DNA of 64,000 nucleotides. Source: Ptychomitrium polyphyllum (lineage: Eukaryota). Position 1 is the stretch's first letter; every line of letters starts with the position of its first letter. The notes under the pieces were generated by a model. It saw only the letters and a list, made by a program, of their open reading frames with translations. It was not told the DNA's origin and searched no databases. The DNA lies in NCBI GenBank assembly GCA_973851085.1, contig OZ316775.1, positions 4,526,001 through 4,590,000 of the forward strand. The letters run 5' to 3'. This document shows, piece by piece, positions 25,101 through 39,217 of this stretch. Made by a program: the position numbers and the translations under genes.

Positions 25101-28100
25101 GAAGCTTGCTGGTGCATATCGGCGAATGCTATATCAATACCATCTGGTTAGGAATGAGTTTTTCTTAGGCTATGGCTCATTTGTTGCTAGAAAACCTTGG
25201 ATTCCTTTTACGTAAGACTTCATACAAAACCAGAAGATTATATGAAATGTGACTTGAATGTGCTTATCCTTTTTGATTGGCCCTATCTTGAGAAATAGTC
25301 TCTAGCGCCTCACCAAATACTTCTCTGTTGGTGATGTGATCTTGATAGCCACGACCTGTGATAGGCAGTCATCATCAAGCTGCAAACAAGCAGATTTAGG
25401 ACTGACTGATGCGCATCTGCGTAATCGTAATGTGCATCTGAAAGTTGGATTCTTAATTTCTCTTGTTTTGTAGAATTGGGATTCTGCTTTTAGGAGGAAT
25501 GACAGTGGGTTTGGTTAAGCGAACCACTGAAACAGACTTGGAAAAGCTACGGGTGGAGCACAATTCGCACGTTGTAGAAGAACGGTTGTATTTCAACGAA
25601 AGGTTCAATGTGCTCATTTTACTACACTTTGCCTTTTCTAAATTGTGAAACTAACCCAAAAAAACACAATATCTTTGTCTACAGTACGTTTCTACGCAGT
25701 GATGTATTCAAGTCAGGCTCGTCGTTCTTTGGAATTGACATGGTTCTGCAATGGCTTTAATGGTTTAGTGCTTGCGGTCGGTTGTCATGTTAATGTCATG
25801 ATTCCATGCTGGTTCTGCGATTGTTTTTTGACAAGACAGGTTTGGCGGCATTCCTCGAAAGCAGTCAGTCACCATATCATTCTGAGCTTCTCCAGACGCT
25901 CAAATTGATCTGAAAGACTCTATGAATGCTCTGGATCTAGCTGTGGCGCCACTATTTGACTTCCTGACAATGGAGAAGGTTGGAGGAGGCGCAAAGAAAG
26001 AGCTGGGAGAAGTGAGCGTCCTCAAGTCTATCACTTCCTTTTGCGTGAATATTTGATCGAGAAACATACAGCTTTCTTCTATTAGATTTGAGTGAGGGCA
26101 CTGATGCTTTGAGAATGCAGCTGGCTCAACAATTGTGTAGTTCCTTTTGATAGAATTGATTCATTTTTGCTTTTCTAATATTTTAATCTGATTAACTGGA
26201 TGTCAGATTGATTTTTGTGAGAGGCCAATTGTGCCCACCTCATTGAAGCCCGGAAACGACCCAATCAAGGATAACAATTAAGGAGCATGGGGACTACACT
26301 TTCTGTCCACTTGTTCTGTCGTTTGGGCGTATACAGGAAGTATACCCCCTTCAGCCGCACTCCTTGAAGGGTGGGGTATTACAAGGTTTCCTTTCACCAA
26401 GTTTTCACCATTGGACTGTTTCAAAGAAGGTGACGATTTCGATTATTTCAAAGAAATTAAGCTTCTGGAAAGGCCTCAACCTGACCTAGGTCAGCTAAAA
26501 AACCTCACTCTTATTGACATTATACTTGGTATGTATCAAATGACAACGGTGCCTGTTAAATGCGTCAACATTTTGAAGACAAATATTACTGCTCAGTTTC
26601 AAGAACGTAAAAGGCCTGTTGCTGAAATTGATTCGGTATGTTTTCCTAGACTAAGATAAGATACCACGATGTGATGGTTGCAGTGTGATTTTATTTTAAC
26701 TAGCACCATCTACAGTCACATTCAGCACTACAGTACAAATCCTGGCATTGAACTGCAATGAATACTTTTCAATAACTAGCTGTAACTTTCTGATGGAAAA
26801 GGTCGTCTAAAAATTTCTTGTATGCCTGGACAGATTTTAATCGATATTGTGTCAACATTGAAGTATGCCTTCACCTGGGGTTATCGCTGGCGCAAACCTT
26901 ACTCTGGGATGAAAACTAACGGGGAGGTAAGAATACAAATGAAAACATCAAATGTTTAATATTCTACTCATCAAGCAGCTCACAGTGTAGAAACGTAACA
27001 TGGTTACAAAATGATGACTGATATTTTATGTATACCACTGCAGATATTGGACCACATCAACACTGCTGTTGAAAACGACCGTCATAGAAGTCCTGATCCT
27101 GGCAATCCCCAGGTTAGGGTTTATCACTTGAAGCAAGTCTTGTAGTGATTTCGTAGTGCTCTCGTGGCATCATATGTTGTCGTGTATCAAAAATGCGCAG
27201 GAATATTATTTACAAGGTCCATTTCCAGTTGAGCGATTCGTGCCTTATTCTTAAACAGCTTGGAGGCGTGCGCTGGGGGTCGAACAATTATCACCATGAC
27301 CATCCTCAATTTGCAGAATATGTTAGTAACAGATATGGATCTATAATAGACTCAAATGAAAGGATCACTTAGTCAAAGACTAGGAGAATATCATGATTCA
27401 CTATTTAGACCCCTTGAGACGGCACGTTAAAAACACTTCCTTTGGAGACGAGGGAAGTATATGGAGACCTCCAGCTAGAGTTCAACATGTGGGTATGTAA
27501 ATTACTCATTGTATAATCCAATTTCTGTCTGTTGTCTGCTTTTCTAGAAACAGGTAAGCATTGTGCATACTTAATGAGAATATGTTGCAGCTTGTTAAGT
27601 CAATGCAAAACGTGTCTAAAAGTGGAAACGTTTAACCCGAAACAATGCACACCCACCATTACTCATGATCTAGTGTCGGTTGCAGAAATCTACTGAGGAC
27701 ATTATTGCAGATGCAAGAAACTCTCCTTTTTGGCAAATTGTCCTTGGCATAGTATTAGTCTCCATATATGCTTTCATAGCGTTCCTCAACTTTCGGGATC
27801 CTCTGCATTCACACACTGATTGAGCAGCTAAGGTATGAGTTAGTGATTAGGCTAATAAGCGCCTGCTTGTCAATGCTTCTGAATGCTGAATTGCAGTTAT
27901 TCTAGGAAGAACCAAATCTGTGTTTTCAATTTCTTCTAATTCTGTACGTTACATAGTATCTCCTTAGCTACACAATTTGAATCTTTTGTTATGGTCATAC
28001 TGCTAAATTTTTCCCTGATGGACTAAGTTCTTCAGTTCTTAGTAATATTCATCCTGGCCATGTGTATATATGCATCGATACAGGGAATGGCAGTGGTAGG

Positions 28101-31100
28101 CTTTGCTGTTACAGCTGGATTGGTATTACTGCACTCTGCGGCATTTCATTATCCTCATTAGCAGGCTCGGTCGTGCCCTTCTTTGCGCTTGGTTTAGGTG
28201 AGTCAGTATTTCTCACCAAAACGATTAGACCTAGAATTTTAGTGGTGAATTGATGCAAATTTTATAGTGACGAGTAGCACGAGAATGTAGTCAGATTGCG
28301 AAAGAAAGTGATGTTGGTATTGATCATGTAACATTCTGTGCCCAGGTATTGATGACGTCTTTGTTCTGGTCTATTGACCGGAATTTCTTGGAGGATCCAA
28401 AACTGCAAGCACTCAACGTTCCTGGCGATTTGGTTCCTGAACGTGCAATGAGACTTACCGTAGCTCTTGCTGGCCCCAACGTTGTCCTCACAACTTTTTC
28501 TCTTCTAACAGCTTTCTTCATCTCTTCTCTGGTAATTGAGCCTTTCTCAATGCAATTATGCTTTGCCTTATCGCTCAAGATAGTTCAATTGTGGACCAGT
28601 TGCGCTATTGAAGTACATTCAGTCATTGCATTCGCTATATTACTTTTCGCAGTCTTTCCTGCTTGTTCTATTTGACATGGGAGAAGCCTAATGAAATTCT
28701 GACACATTGGGACAGAATCCAATGCCGGTAGCACAATGGTTTTGCTGGCAAATGGGCCTGACTGCCACTGTACACACACTTGGCATGATTCTCATCTTTA
28801 TGCTCATCATGGCTCTTGACGCACGCCGAGTGAGGGTATATAACTCCAGTTGACCACTCTTATACTGATTCGTTTGTCTCCATTATCCCTGTTTCTTAAA
28901 TGAAGATTAAAGTGAAGAAACTTTAAAAAAGAAAAATTTGATTAAAGGTGTAGAACTTTGAGCATCATTTCGAGTTAATTCAGGCTCGTTACAACAAACC
29001 CAATCTATGGTTCTTCTGTGGTATCCGCGAAAAAAACAGAAAAGCACCTGAAGGTGAGACATCCGAGCTCCTTTTAGTTTGTTATTGTCTTGTGGGAAAA
29101 TTATCATTTTGATGCTCATTTCAAGTTCCTTATTCCTAACAGGAAGGACAACAACAAAGGTTAATCTTATACAGTAAATTTGTTGCAGCTATGTGCTAAC
29201 CTTGCACGGATCTGAATGGAAGTAATGCTCCTCCATTGAATAAAAGAGAAAAGATTGAATAGTGATGCGTCGTAACTACATTTGTAATAACTACATTTGT
29301 AATTACGCACAAATTCAATATACGGTATGTATTAATCTTTGAATCTTTCCAACAACTGAGCAGGTTGCTGTGTTTGCCGGATTGGTTGTGTCCATGACGT
29401 ACTTGGGTTTCGAGAAAGTGGAGCAAGGCCTAAAGCTTTCGGACATCACTTTAATTGGTGACTTTTCTTCGTTGCATTTCATCTTTGTGAAAAATTGATG
29501 AACGCTTTGCATTAACCACATCACTTATGCAGGGTTGAACTGGCGATTATGAAAAGAAAAAAATGTAATTCGAAAATGACTATTTAGGAGAGGGTATTGA
29601 TATTGCAGGTTCTTATCAAAATATATTTGCCATTGTCACGGAGGATAGATTTACAAGTGACGATGTTGTAAGTATCCTCTACACTGGATCTGCAAAGGCC
29701 TCAAGAGGCCTTTCGAAAATGTCATTAATGTTGCAACATCTGGTTACTTAAATCAACCTGGATTAAACTATGTACACGTCCCAGCTTTTCTTCTGTAGGG
29801 TATTACTGTGGACAAAATTGCAGCAATTCTGGCTCTTAAAAGGAGGTAAGTTCCTTGCCACGTATTAATCATGCAAATATAAGAAGCATGCACAATAACA
29901 CGTTCTTTGGGGTTAGCTGCAGTGGATTGTTTCAAGAGACATTGATTCTGTGAAAAAACCAGAACAATCTGATTGGGATCTATGGCGCTCTTGAGAACAC
30001 AATTTGGAATCCACCACAACCAGGGGTAATTCCGTCTCCCTAATACTTTCAGTACGAAATCAAAATGATGTTTATCATGTATAAAATAAACCATTCAATT
30101 GTTACGCTCCTCTACTGGAAATTAGTTTATTAGGAAGTTTTTTCTCACAATTGATGCTGGGGCAGATACTAGAAGGATCAGCGCTTGGAACCCTCTACCT
30201 TAGGAACAAGATTGTGTTTAATGTCAGCTAGCCCCTTTCTGCGAATAATGAAATACTGTCGCATGACTATACCAAGATCTGGTCAGCAGGACCACTGGGT
30301 ACGTCTACTAGGTCAGTCAACGTTTCAAAAAAAGACACACTTGCAACTTCACAAAACATATGTGTTGAAATAATAGTTAAGATATGTATCTAGCTAGTTT
30401 CTGATGTAATGTGCTTTAATCTCGGTTTCCGACGTTGATTGGGCGATTTTTAATCTTCTCTGTCAATTCACGTGAAAAGAAATGCTTTACAGTATTTGTC
30501 TTCTTTTGAACAGGAATTGTCTTCCTGCAAGATCTGTACTGTGAGGATGGCGCAACGAAAAAGGCACTCAGTTGTTTGCAAGATTCACATGCCCGAGGCT
30601 ATAAATCCAACCCCAATTTCCGCATTGCTGCTAGCAAAGCTGGGGTATATCACTGTCAAGATGTGGCTCACCGTAGCCAGATTTTCTCAACTTTGTATTT
30701 TACGTGGAATCTTTATCTAGACTTTCAATTGGTGTCAAGGTTATTTGAATAACCAACAGAAAAGTACCGGTGTGTCTCAATATCACCACTGCTCTTATAC
30801 TCCTTGCATTACCTATAAGGCTTCCAGCCTTCCTAAGTTTATTATTTTCTTTATCGCAGACGTTTGCACTACGCTTGAGTTCTAAGACATCGTCCAACCT
30901 TAATATGATAAAACAAGGTCGTTGATGAGACAAACACAAAACTTGGTGAAGATGTTGCTTTCATGAATGGGTTTCCGTTCCTCTTCTTCGAGCAATATCT
31001 TCATACCTACCAGGATCTCTACCTTGTTGTGGGCTTGGCCTTAGATAAGTACGTTAAGCCAAAAAGATTCCTTTTTTAAATATTTAAAACTTGGCCTTGG

Positions 31101-32350
31101 AGCCTTGTCAATGCAGCTTATACATGTCTTTATCTGTTTAGATGATTTTCTTTGAGCTTGAGATCTATGCTATGCTTTCGTACATGACATGGTCTGTGTT
31201 TTCCTGATATCATGATATTATCAGCCAACTTAATTGTGATGGTTTACTGGATCAGTTGGTGCCTCTATTGCTGTTCTCATCTTCCAGTTTAGCATAACCA
31301 TGTCCTTGATCATCGTCAGTATATTGCTTAGGGTTTGATCTCGAAGTCTATGGATTCATATACGTGGTCGGGGCTAAATCGAACTGTAAGTTCATCTTTC
31401 CATTCCCCAACTCAATACTACATAATGTATAATCTCACGTTATCAAGAGCTTTAATGAAAAAAGAAGAAAAAAATTGAGTCATTTCTAATTGCAATTTGA
31501 ATTTGAAAAGGACTGTTCTCAGACGTTCAGGAATAAAGAAGTCAATTATCAGTCTGATGCATTGTGCATCACGCTTAGTATCATCCTCTCTATTTGATTA
31601 CGAAAGTCTCACGTTAGAGTTTGATTTTTGGTACACTTCCTGACATGATTCTTTTGGCAACGCAACTCCACAGCTTTATCTCTCGTCAATCTTGGCATCG
31701 TTGTAAGTGATTTCTCACCTTACTCGGTTTGTGTTCTACGTGAAACTGTGTTATATGTGGAAATTGTGTTTCTTTTCTCAATAATTTCTGCAAAACTTAC
31801 CCAAAAGTCCGATAGAGATTTTCCACTACTCATTCAAATTTCTAACTCTCAACGTTCACGAATTCATGTGTAAGAAATTCACTATTTCAGGTTGGAGTGT
31901 CGTCTCAATTTACCTACTTAGCGAGGTTATTTCTGGTGGTTGATGGCACACGCAGCTATCGAGTCTGAAAAGCATTAGAGTGGACACTTGAACCACTTTT
32001 CCACGGCTTTGGCACTAAAATAGTTGCCACCATTCCTCTTATCTTCGTCAAGTAATGCCAACGCATCCTTTAAACAAGCTCCTTAAGGCTAATACACTTT
32101 AGCAGTGCAAAAGATCTGCCTGGCTCTTTCTTAGCCTGCATCAGCAAAACGTTGTTCAACAAAAATGAACTCTCTTCAGAGTATCGATATTTAGAGTTGA
32201 TGTTTTGTGTTACCTGACCTAACGTTTGATTTCTTCTTCTTTTGACATCCATTTTTTCTTTGTCGTGTAGATATCATGCATTCCGGCTCTACTACTTCGC
32301 CATGTTTACCATTATGGGCGTCTTGAGCTAATTGAATGGCTTTGTGCTGA
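25101..32350 (+). pseudogene. Multi-exon Patched (PTCH)-like sterol-sensing-domain RND protein pseudogene
   Basis: Spliced translation gives, in order: FFLGYGSFVARKPW, TTETDLEKLRVEHNSHVVEERLYFNERFG, FPFTKFSPLDCFKEG, VVPFFALGLGIDDVFVL, AGPNVVLTTFSLLTAFF, GLKLSDI, NGFPFLFFEQY, VGVSSQFT, LEPLFHG, FRLYYFAMF..LNGFVL. In-frame stops at 25883, 26279 and 27821; a frameshift near 28120; a donor site mutated to ATAAGT at 31045. The 5' end is not resolved. Confidence 0.85.
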
Positions 32351-34292
32351 GACACAAGCCGGTTCTTCAGATTTTTGGTGAAATACATCGCAACATCAAA
32401 AACCGCTTTTCGGTTTTGATGAATGGCACTGGTAATTAACAACGTAATGTTTTTGATCAAATTGATGGGATATAAAACTAGACGTATGACGAGTTCGTGA
32501 CCAACGCAGGTAATCCAAAGTTACTGTACGTTCCACCAGACCTCGAAAAGTAGCCTACCACTAGGTGCAGAGACGAGGGTAACTATAATTTGAAAGCTAA
32601 AAATGAACTAGGAAGTATGTGCGCAAAATGATTCGCTTGAGTTGGTGCACGTGAAACAGAACTTGTTCCTTTGTTAATGAAGTGGTGTAACTTACATACA
32701 ATTTGTTTGAGCCATTGGTAATAGAAACCTAGCTGTAGTAGCTCTGGAGTAAATTACAGAGCTCTTTTATATGCCTTGCACTACACTACGGTACCGCAGT
32801 GGTGTTCTGACCACTTCCAGAAACTATGAACCCAGTTTTCAACGAATCCACTGAGCATGAGTCAGCAGGCATTGACAATTCAGATACTATCTATTGTTGC
32901 AGTAAGTCCACCATCAACTCCCTCAAAAGTCAACGTCAAGCCTGCAGCCTTAATGAAAATGGGTTTAGGGTATATCACAGATTTTGCCATTTTTGTCAAC
33001 TCCACGCACAGATTCCGAAGCCCTAGACTGGCTCCTTTGACTTATGAGAACCACATCGGTTGATTTGGTCAACCATGGCCCATGAGTAACTTATGTCACT
33101 CAGTACCAGTTTCTACTGTTTGTACCCTCACGTACTTATATTTTTCATGATACCCATTATGGCTCAACGGACTAGAGCAGTTTTCAAGTGAATTTCTTCA
33201 TCAACTTCACGAGCTTATTTCAACCTTGGCCTGTGATTTCAAAGCAGGCTTTAAGGTGCTCACAAGGGAAGGGACCTGGTCGTCACAAACACTCTGAGAT
33301 CGTTAACGAAAACAAAGTGAAGTTTAAAGTTCAAGATTGTATTTTACCTTTTATCTGGTTTCGGGTATGTAGGAGATTCTTGTTAACTCCCGATTTAGAA
33401 GAGGCGAGGACTTGGCCCACAGAGATAATTATTGAGAACTGGGTAGTCTTGCACATAGCGAGTCAGTCACACTGATCGAAAAGTTCAGCGACTTGAAATG
33501 CCTGAGTTCAAGACTGCGCGCTTTGCACAACTTCAAGTGGCCTGTGATTGTAAGTCTCTTATGTGGTTACCGAAGTCCACGGCTGAGGGCCCGTGGCAGT
33601 CGACATTCAGTTACACCAAGGTCAACCTCTAAGATCAAATCCATGAAGTTCATCCAGGCAGCTTCCAAACGGCTACTAATAACTTCACCGGGCCAGGGGA
33701 TCGATACTGCCAGGCATAAGTAGAACCTGGTAGGCTACACTAAGGACTGTCACTGGACAGCCCCTGGACAGCCAATTTCTGGGTGCAATTGGCCAGCAGC
33801 TCGGTCGTAAAGTACCCTCCCTCCAGGCTGCCGCCACAAGTACCGAGCTGCATGCAGATCCTCCGTATCACATAACTTACGCAATCCCAAATGGGACACA
33901 AAGTCAACCACTTCATGGTTACTCTTATCCAAGCGGCACTGCACTACACATAAGTCTCCGTCAACTAACTATATAACTCTTCCATATTGGTAATCACACT
34001 TGCATTTAGAGTCGAATTGAATCCTCCCTCAGCTACTACAACTATCTAGCTTGAGCTCGAAGGCCAGTTAGCAAATGCTCACCCATCTGCTAAAGTTCAA
34101 ATCTAGCTGGTGTTTCCTAGCTGTCCAACACCAACATTCCAACCAGCTTATTCACAGAATTTAAGGAAAGATCAGTGGTATTTCTAAGGTATTACCAGCT
34201 CTGTATTAATCTGGAGCTCTGGAGTACTACATTATAGAATTAGCAGCTTAGAGCTTGGAGGTCTCTTGGTGTGCGTTTTGAAGGTGACCAGA

Positions 34293-35731
34293 ATGGCAGT
34301 TCAAGGTGGAAAAGTGGGAAGAGGTCGCCATTTGCTGCTACTCGTAGTGAGCTTGATGAGTATTTTGCACGGCTCGGCAGCCTTGAAAGTGGGATTCTAC
34401 AACACCATCTGCCCCAAAGCCGAGTCCACAATAAAGGCAGTAGTGCAGAGCAGGTTCAACGCGGACAAGACCATCACTCCTGCTCTCCTGCGCCTCTTCT
34501 TCCACGATTGCTTTGTCACGGTAACCTCTAAATCCTTTTCCACAAATATTCGGACACCAGGAAATAGCTTTAGCCCTTCACTCAAAACAACTGAGAGTTT
34601 CAATGCTCAGTCAAGTGACCGGTGTTGTTGAATTCGAGAGGGGATATAGGACTGTTTGTTATTGACAGTGAGCTCAAATTAACGAATCTCACTGTATGTG
34701 CAGGGATGTGATGCGTCGTTGTTGCTGAAATCCACACCATCAAATTCGGCAGAGAGGGACGCTGGAGCCAATCTGACAGTCCGAGGATTTGATATTATTG
34801 ACGCTGCTAAAGCTGCTGTGGAGAAGGTTTGTAAAGGCAAGGTGTCGTGTGCAGACATCATCGCTTTGGCCACTAGAGACGCCGTCGCTCTGGTATACGC
34901 TTTAACCCGTTCATTTATCCTCCTGCTCATTGTCTCATGATATTCCTTGTGGCAAAGGAACAGTTCCTCTGAGAAACTATTCCAGTGTAACCTATAATCC
35001 TGAATCCTGAAACATGAAATTGGTTGAATTAATTGCAGGCTGGAGGACCAGCTTTCGCAATGCCCGCTGGTCGTCGAGATGGGCGGGTATCCAAAGCTTC
35101 TGCTGTGAACTTGCCAGGCCCCACATTGAGTGTAGCAGATGCTACCAAAGCTTTCACTGCCAAGGGCTTGAGCCAAGCCGACATGGTCACCCTTCTAGGT
35201 ACTTCTCCATTACCCTGCTTACATGACATCAGTTTTATTTAACATCAGTTTCTCCGGAATCCAGATTCGTGATTTATGCACATTGCCTAATCACCATGAT
35301 ATGATTTTCTTATTTTTGCAGGAGCTCACACTGTTGGCATCACCCACTGCAGCTTCTTCGACGACCGGTTGTGGAACTTCAAGGGAACCGGCAAAGCTGA
35401 CCCAGCCATGGACGTGAACCTTGTGAATCAGCTGAAGGCATTGTGCCCTCAAATAGGAGTCGGGCTTGGAAAGGCAGTGAACTTGGACCAAGGCACTCCT
35501 GCCGTCGTCGACAAGAGCTTCTTCAACCAAATGATTGCCAAGAAGGGAATTTTGCAGCTAGATCAAACTCTGGCCACCGACAAGGCTACGTCGGCCAGAA
35601 CCGCCTTCTTTGCTGGACCCAAGTCTCCTTTTACTGCTAACTTTGTGGATGCTCTTGTTAAGCTGGGTAATGTGGGAGTCATGGAAGGCGCCAAGGGGGA
35701 AATCCGAAATATTTGCAGCAAAATCAACTAA
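34293..35731 (+). CDS. Class III secretory peroxidase, 328 aa
   Basis: Exons 34293-34520, 34704-34892, 35039-35198 and 35322-35731 total 987 nt. Signal peptide, LLRLFFHDCFV|GCDASLL, VSCADIIALATRD, GRRDG and proximal-His motif MVTLLGAHTVG are present. Confidence 0.96.
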
Positions 35732-36282
35732 ATGCAAGGAAGCCAGACGGTTTAAGGAGGACAATGGATTCGGACCGAAATAATAGTAGGACATGATGTT
35801 TGTGATGAAGTCGGCTCAGAATTTTGGATAGTTTGATATCTGGAAAGCTCAACATCAAAAACTCAGTTCTAGAATGAAAATGGTCAATAGTGGGGTAGTA
35901 ATAAGCATGATTAGATTCAAAGTTGCTGAGGTGCATATTGTTGGTGCATGGTCGACTCTTTCTGAATAATAAATGGAACTGATTGCTCTTTCAAGTTAAG
36001 CAGAAAGCTAATTTTCTTTTACAAAGTGCTTGTAATATGCAAGTTAACATGTGATTGAAAATTTGAATGTGTGTCCTTTGGACAAGGCGCCCGGGAAAAG
36101 GATCGATCAATGTGCCCCTCTCTGTTCCTCCTCTGTTCCCTACTCTTTGCACTTGTAACGGATAACATGCTGGTCTCCTATCAGGCTTTCATGAACAGCA
36201 CATACAATTTAGCTCTTAAAAAGGGTAAGATATTTGAGTCATGTAGAACCTAACACCGTTGATTTTCAGTGATCAATTTGAG

Positions 36283-38131
<1,849 letters not shown>

Positions 38132-39217
38132 TGCTTCACTATGCTCATAAGATACTGAGATACTTCTAGAGAGATGGAGTACACGATATTGCAGGCACAA
38201 TTGGCTTTGGCTTTTATAAGCTGAGACTTGGAGACATGGTTGTCATGATCCCTTCATGGTGACCTTGTTTTGGGTACTTAGTCAACTCATCAGGTCAATG
38301 GAGGCACTTGATTGCGGCAAATACATCTTAGGATGGCCAATGCTGTTTCTTGAGCAGTTCGAGTCTTGGATCCAATTTGCTTTGAAAAATCTTTTGTGCA
38401 ACAAGAAGTATTCGGCTTGCCTCATTTGACATCATTTGTCTGTCAATTTGCCTACTTAGTGGGTCTTGCCTCCCTGGATCGTCCTTGCAGATCACATGCT
38501 CCATGATATGTCGATGGTACCAGACAACCTTCAGAGGAGAAGTGAATCTATTAATTGAACCACTATGAAATTGTAATTAATTGAACCACTATGAAATATG
38601 CAAATTTGAGCTTCGGTTGTTTAAAAAAAACTGTTCATCTCTTAGAAGAGTTGTCCGTGTGAAAGAATAAAGCCTAAAAAGAACCATATATACCCAGAAA
38701 CGAGCCCTTCACTGCCATTCATCATGAGCCCCTCCAAAAAGAAGAGAAAAGGTTCAAACAAAGTAGCCTTCAAGGCGCTTGTAATACAGAATGTACAACT
38801 TTAGTATACTGATACCCGATAATGTTATTGGAACACCAGGAAGTACAGAGTACCTTCACTGTCACCTAGAACCAAGAACAGTTACATACCTGGACTGGAG
38901 CTTTCTACAACCAGCTTTGTTTATAGCTGAAAAGCACAAATGTATATAGAGTTTGCACAGATAGTAATAGTACCACCCGGACTGTTGTCCCCTACAATAC
39001 AAAGATCATGAGCCAGGCAATAAAGAAGAAGCCCGCTGCAGATTCCAAAAATCAGCGTAGAAGGGGTGGATACCGCTGTGCCTAGTCTCTCCCCCTCCCT
39101 CCGAGAAGGTGTAGTTTTCTGCCGTGAATTGTGGTGGAGACGGTTCCACATGAACAGCACAGCTAGCTCGAATTTATGTCTGTACATAAACTCTATCTTT
39201 CATTTGTACAAAAGTTG

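Noticed and set aside
25549..25552. CGG (Arg) where PTCH has a conserved Trp, as a sign of C-to-U RNA editing
   Set aside because: This is a nuclear pseudogene with many other lesions, so ordinary mutation is the simpler explanation.
38550..38597. 22-bp direct duplication ATTAATTGAACCACTATGAAAT
   Set aside because: A simple local duplication with no evidence of function.
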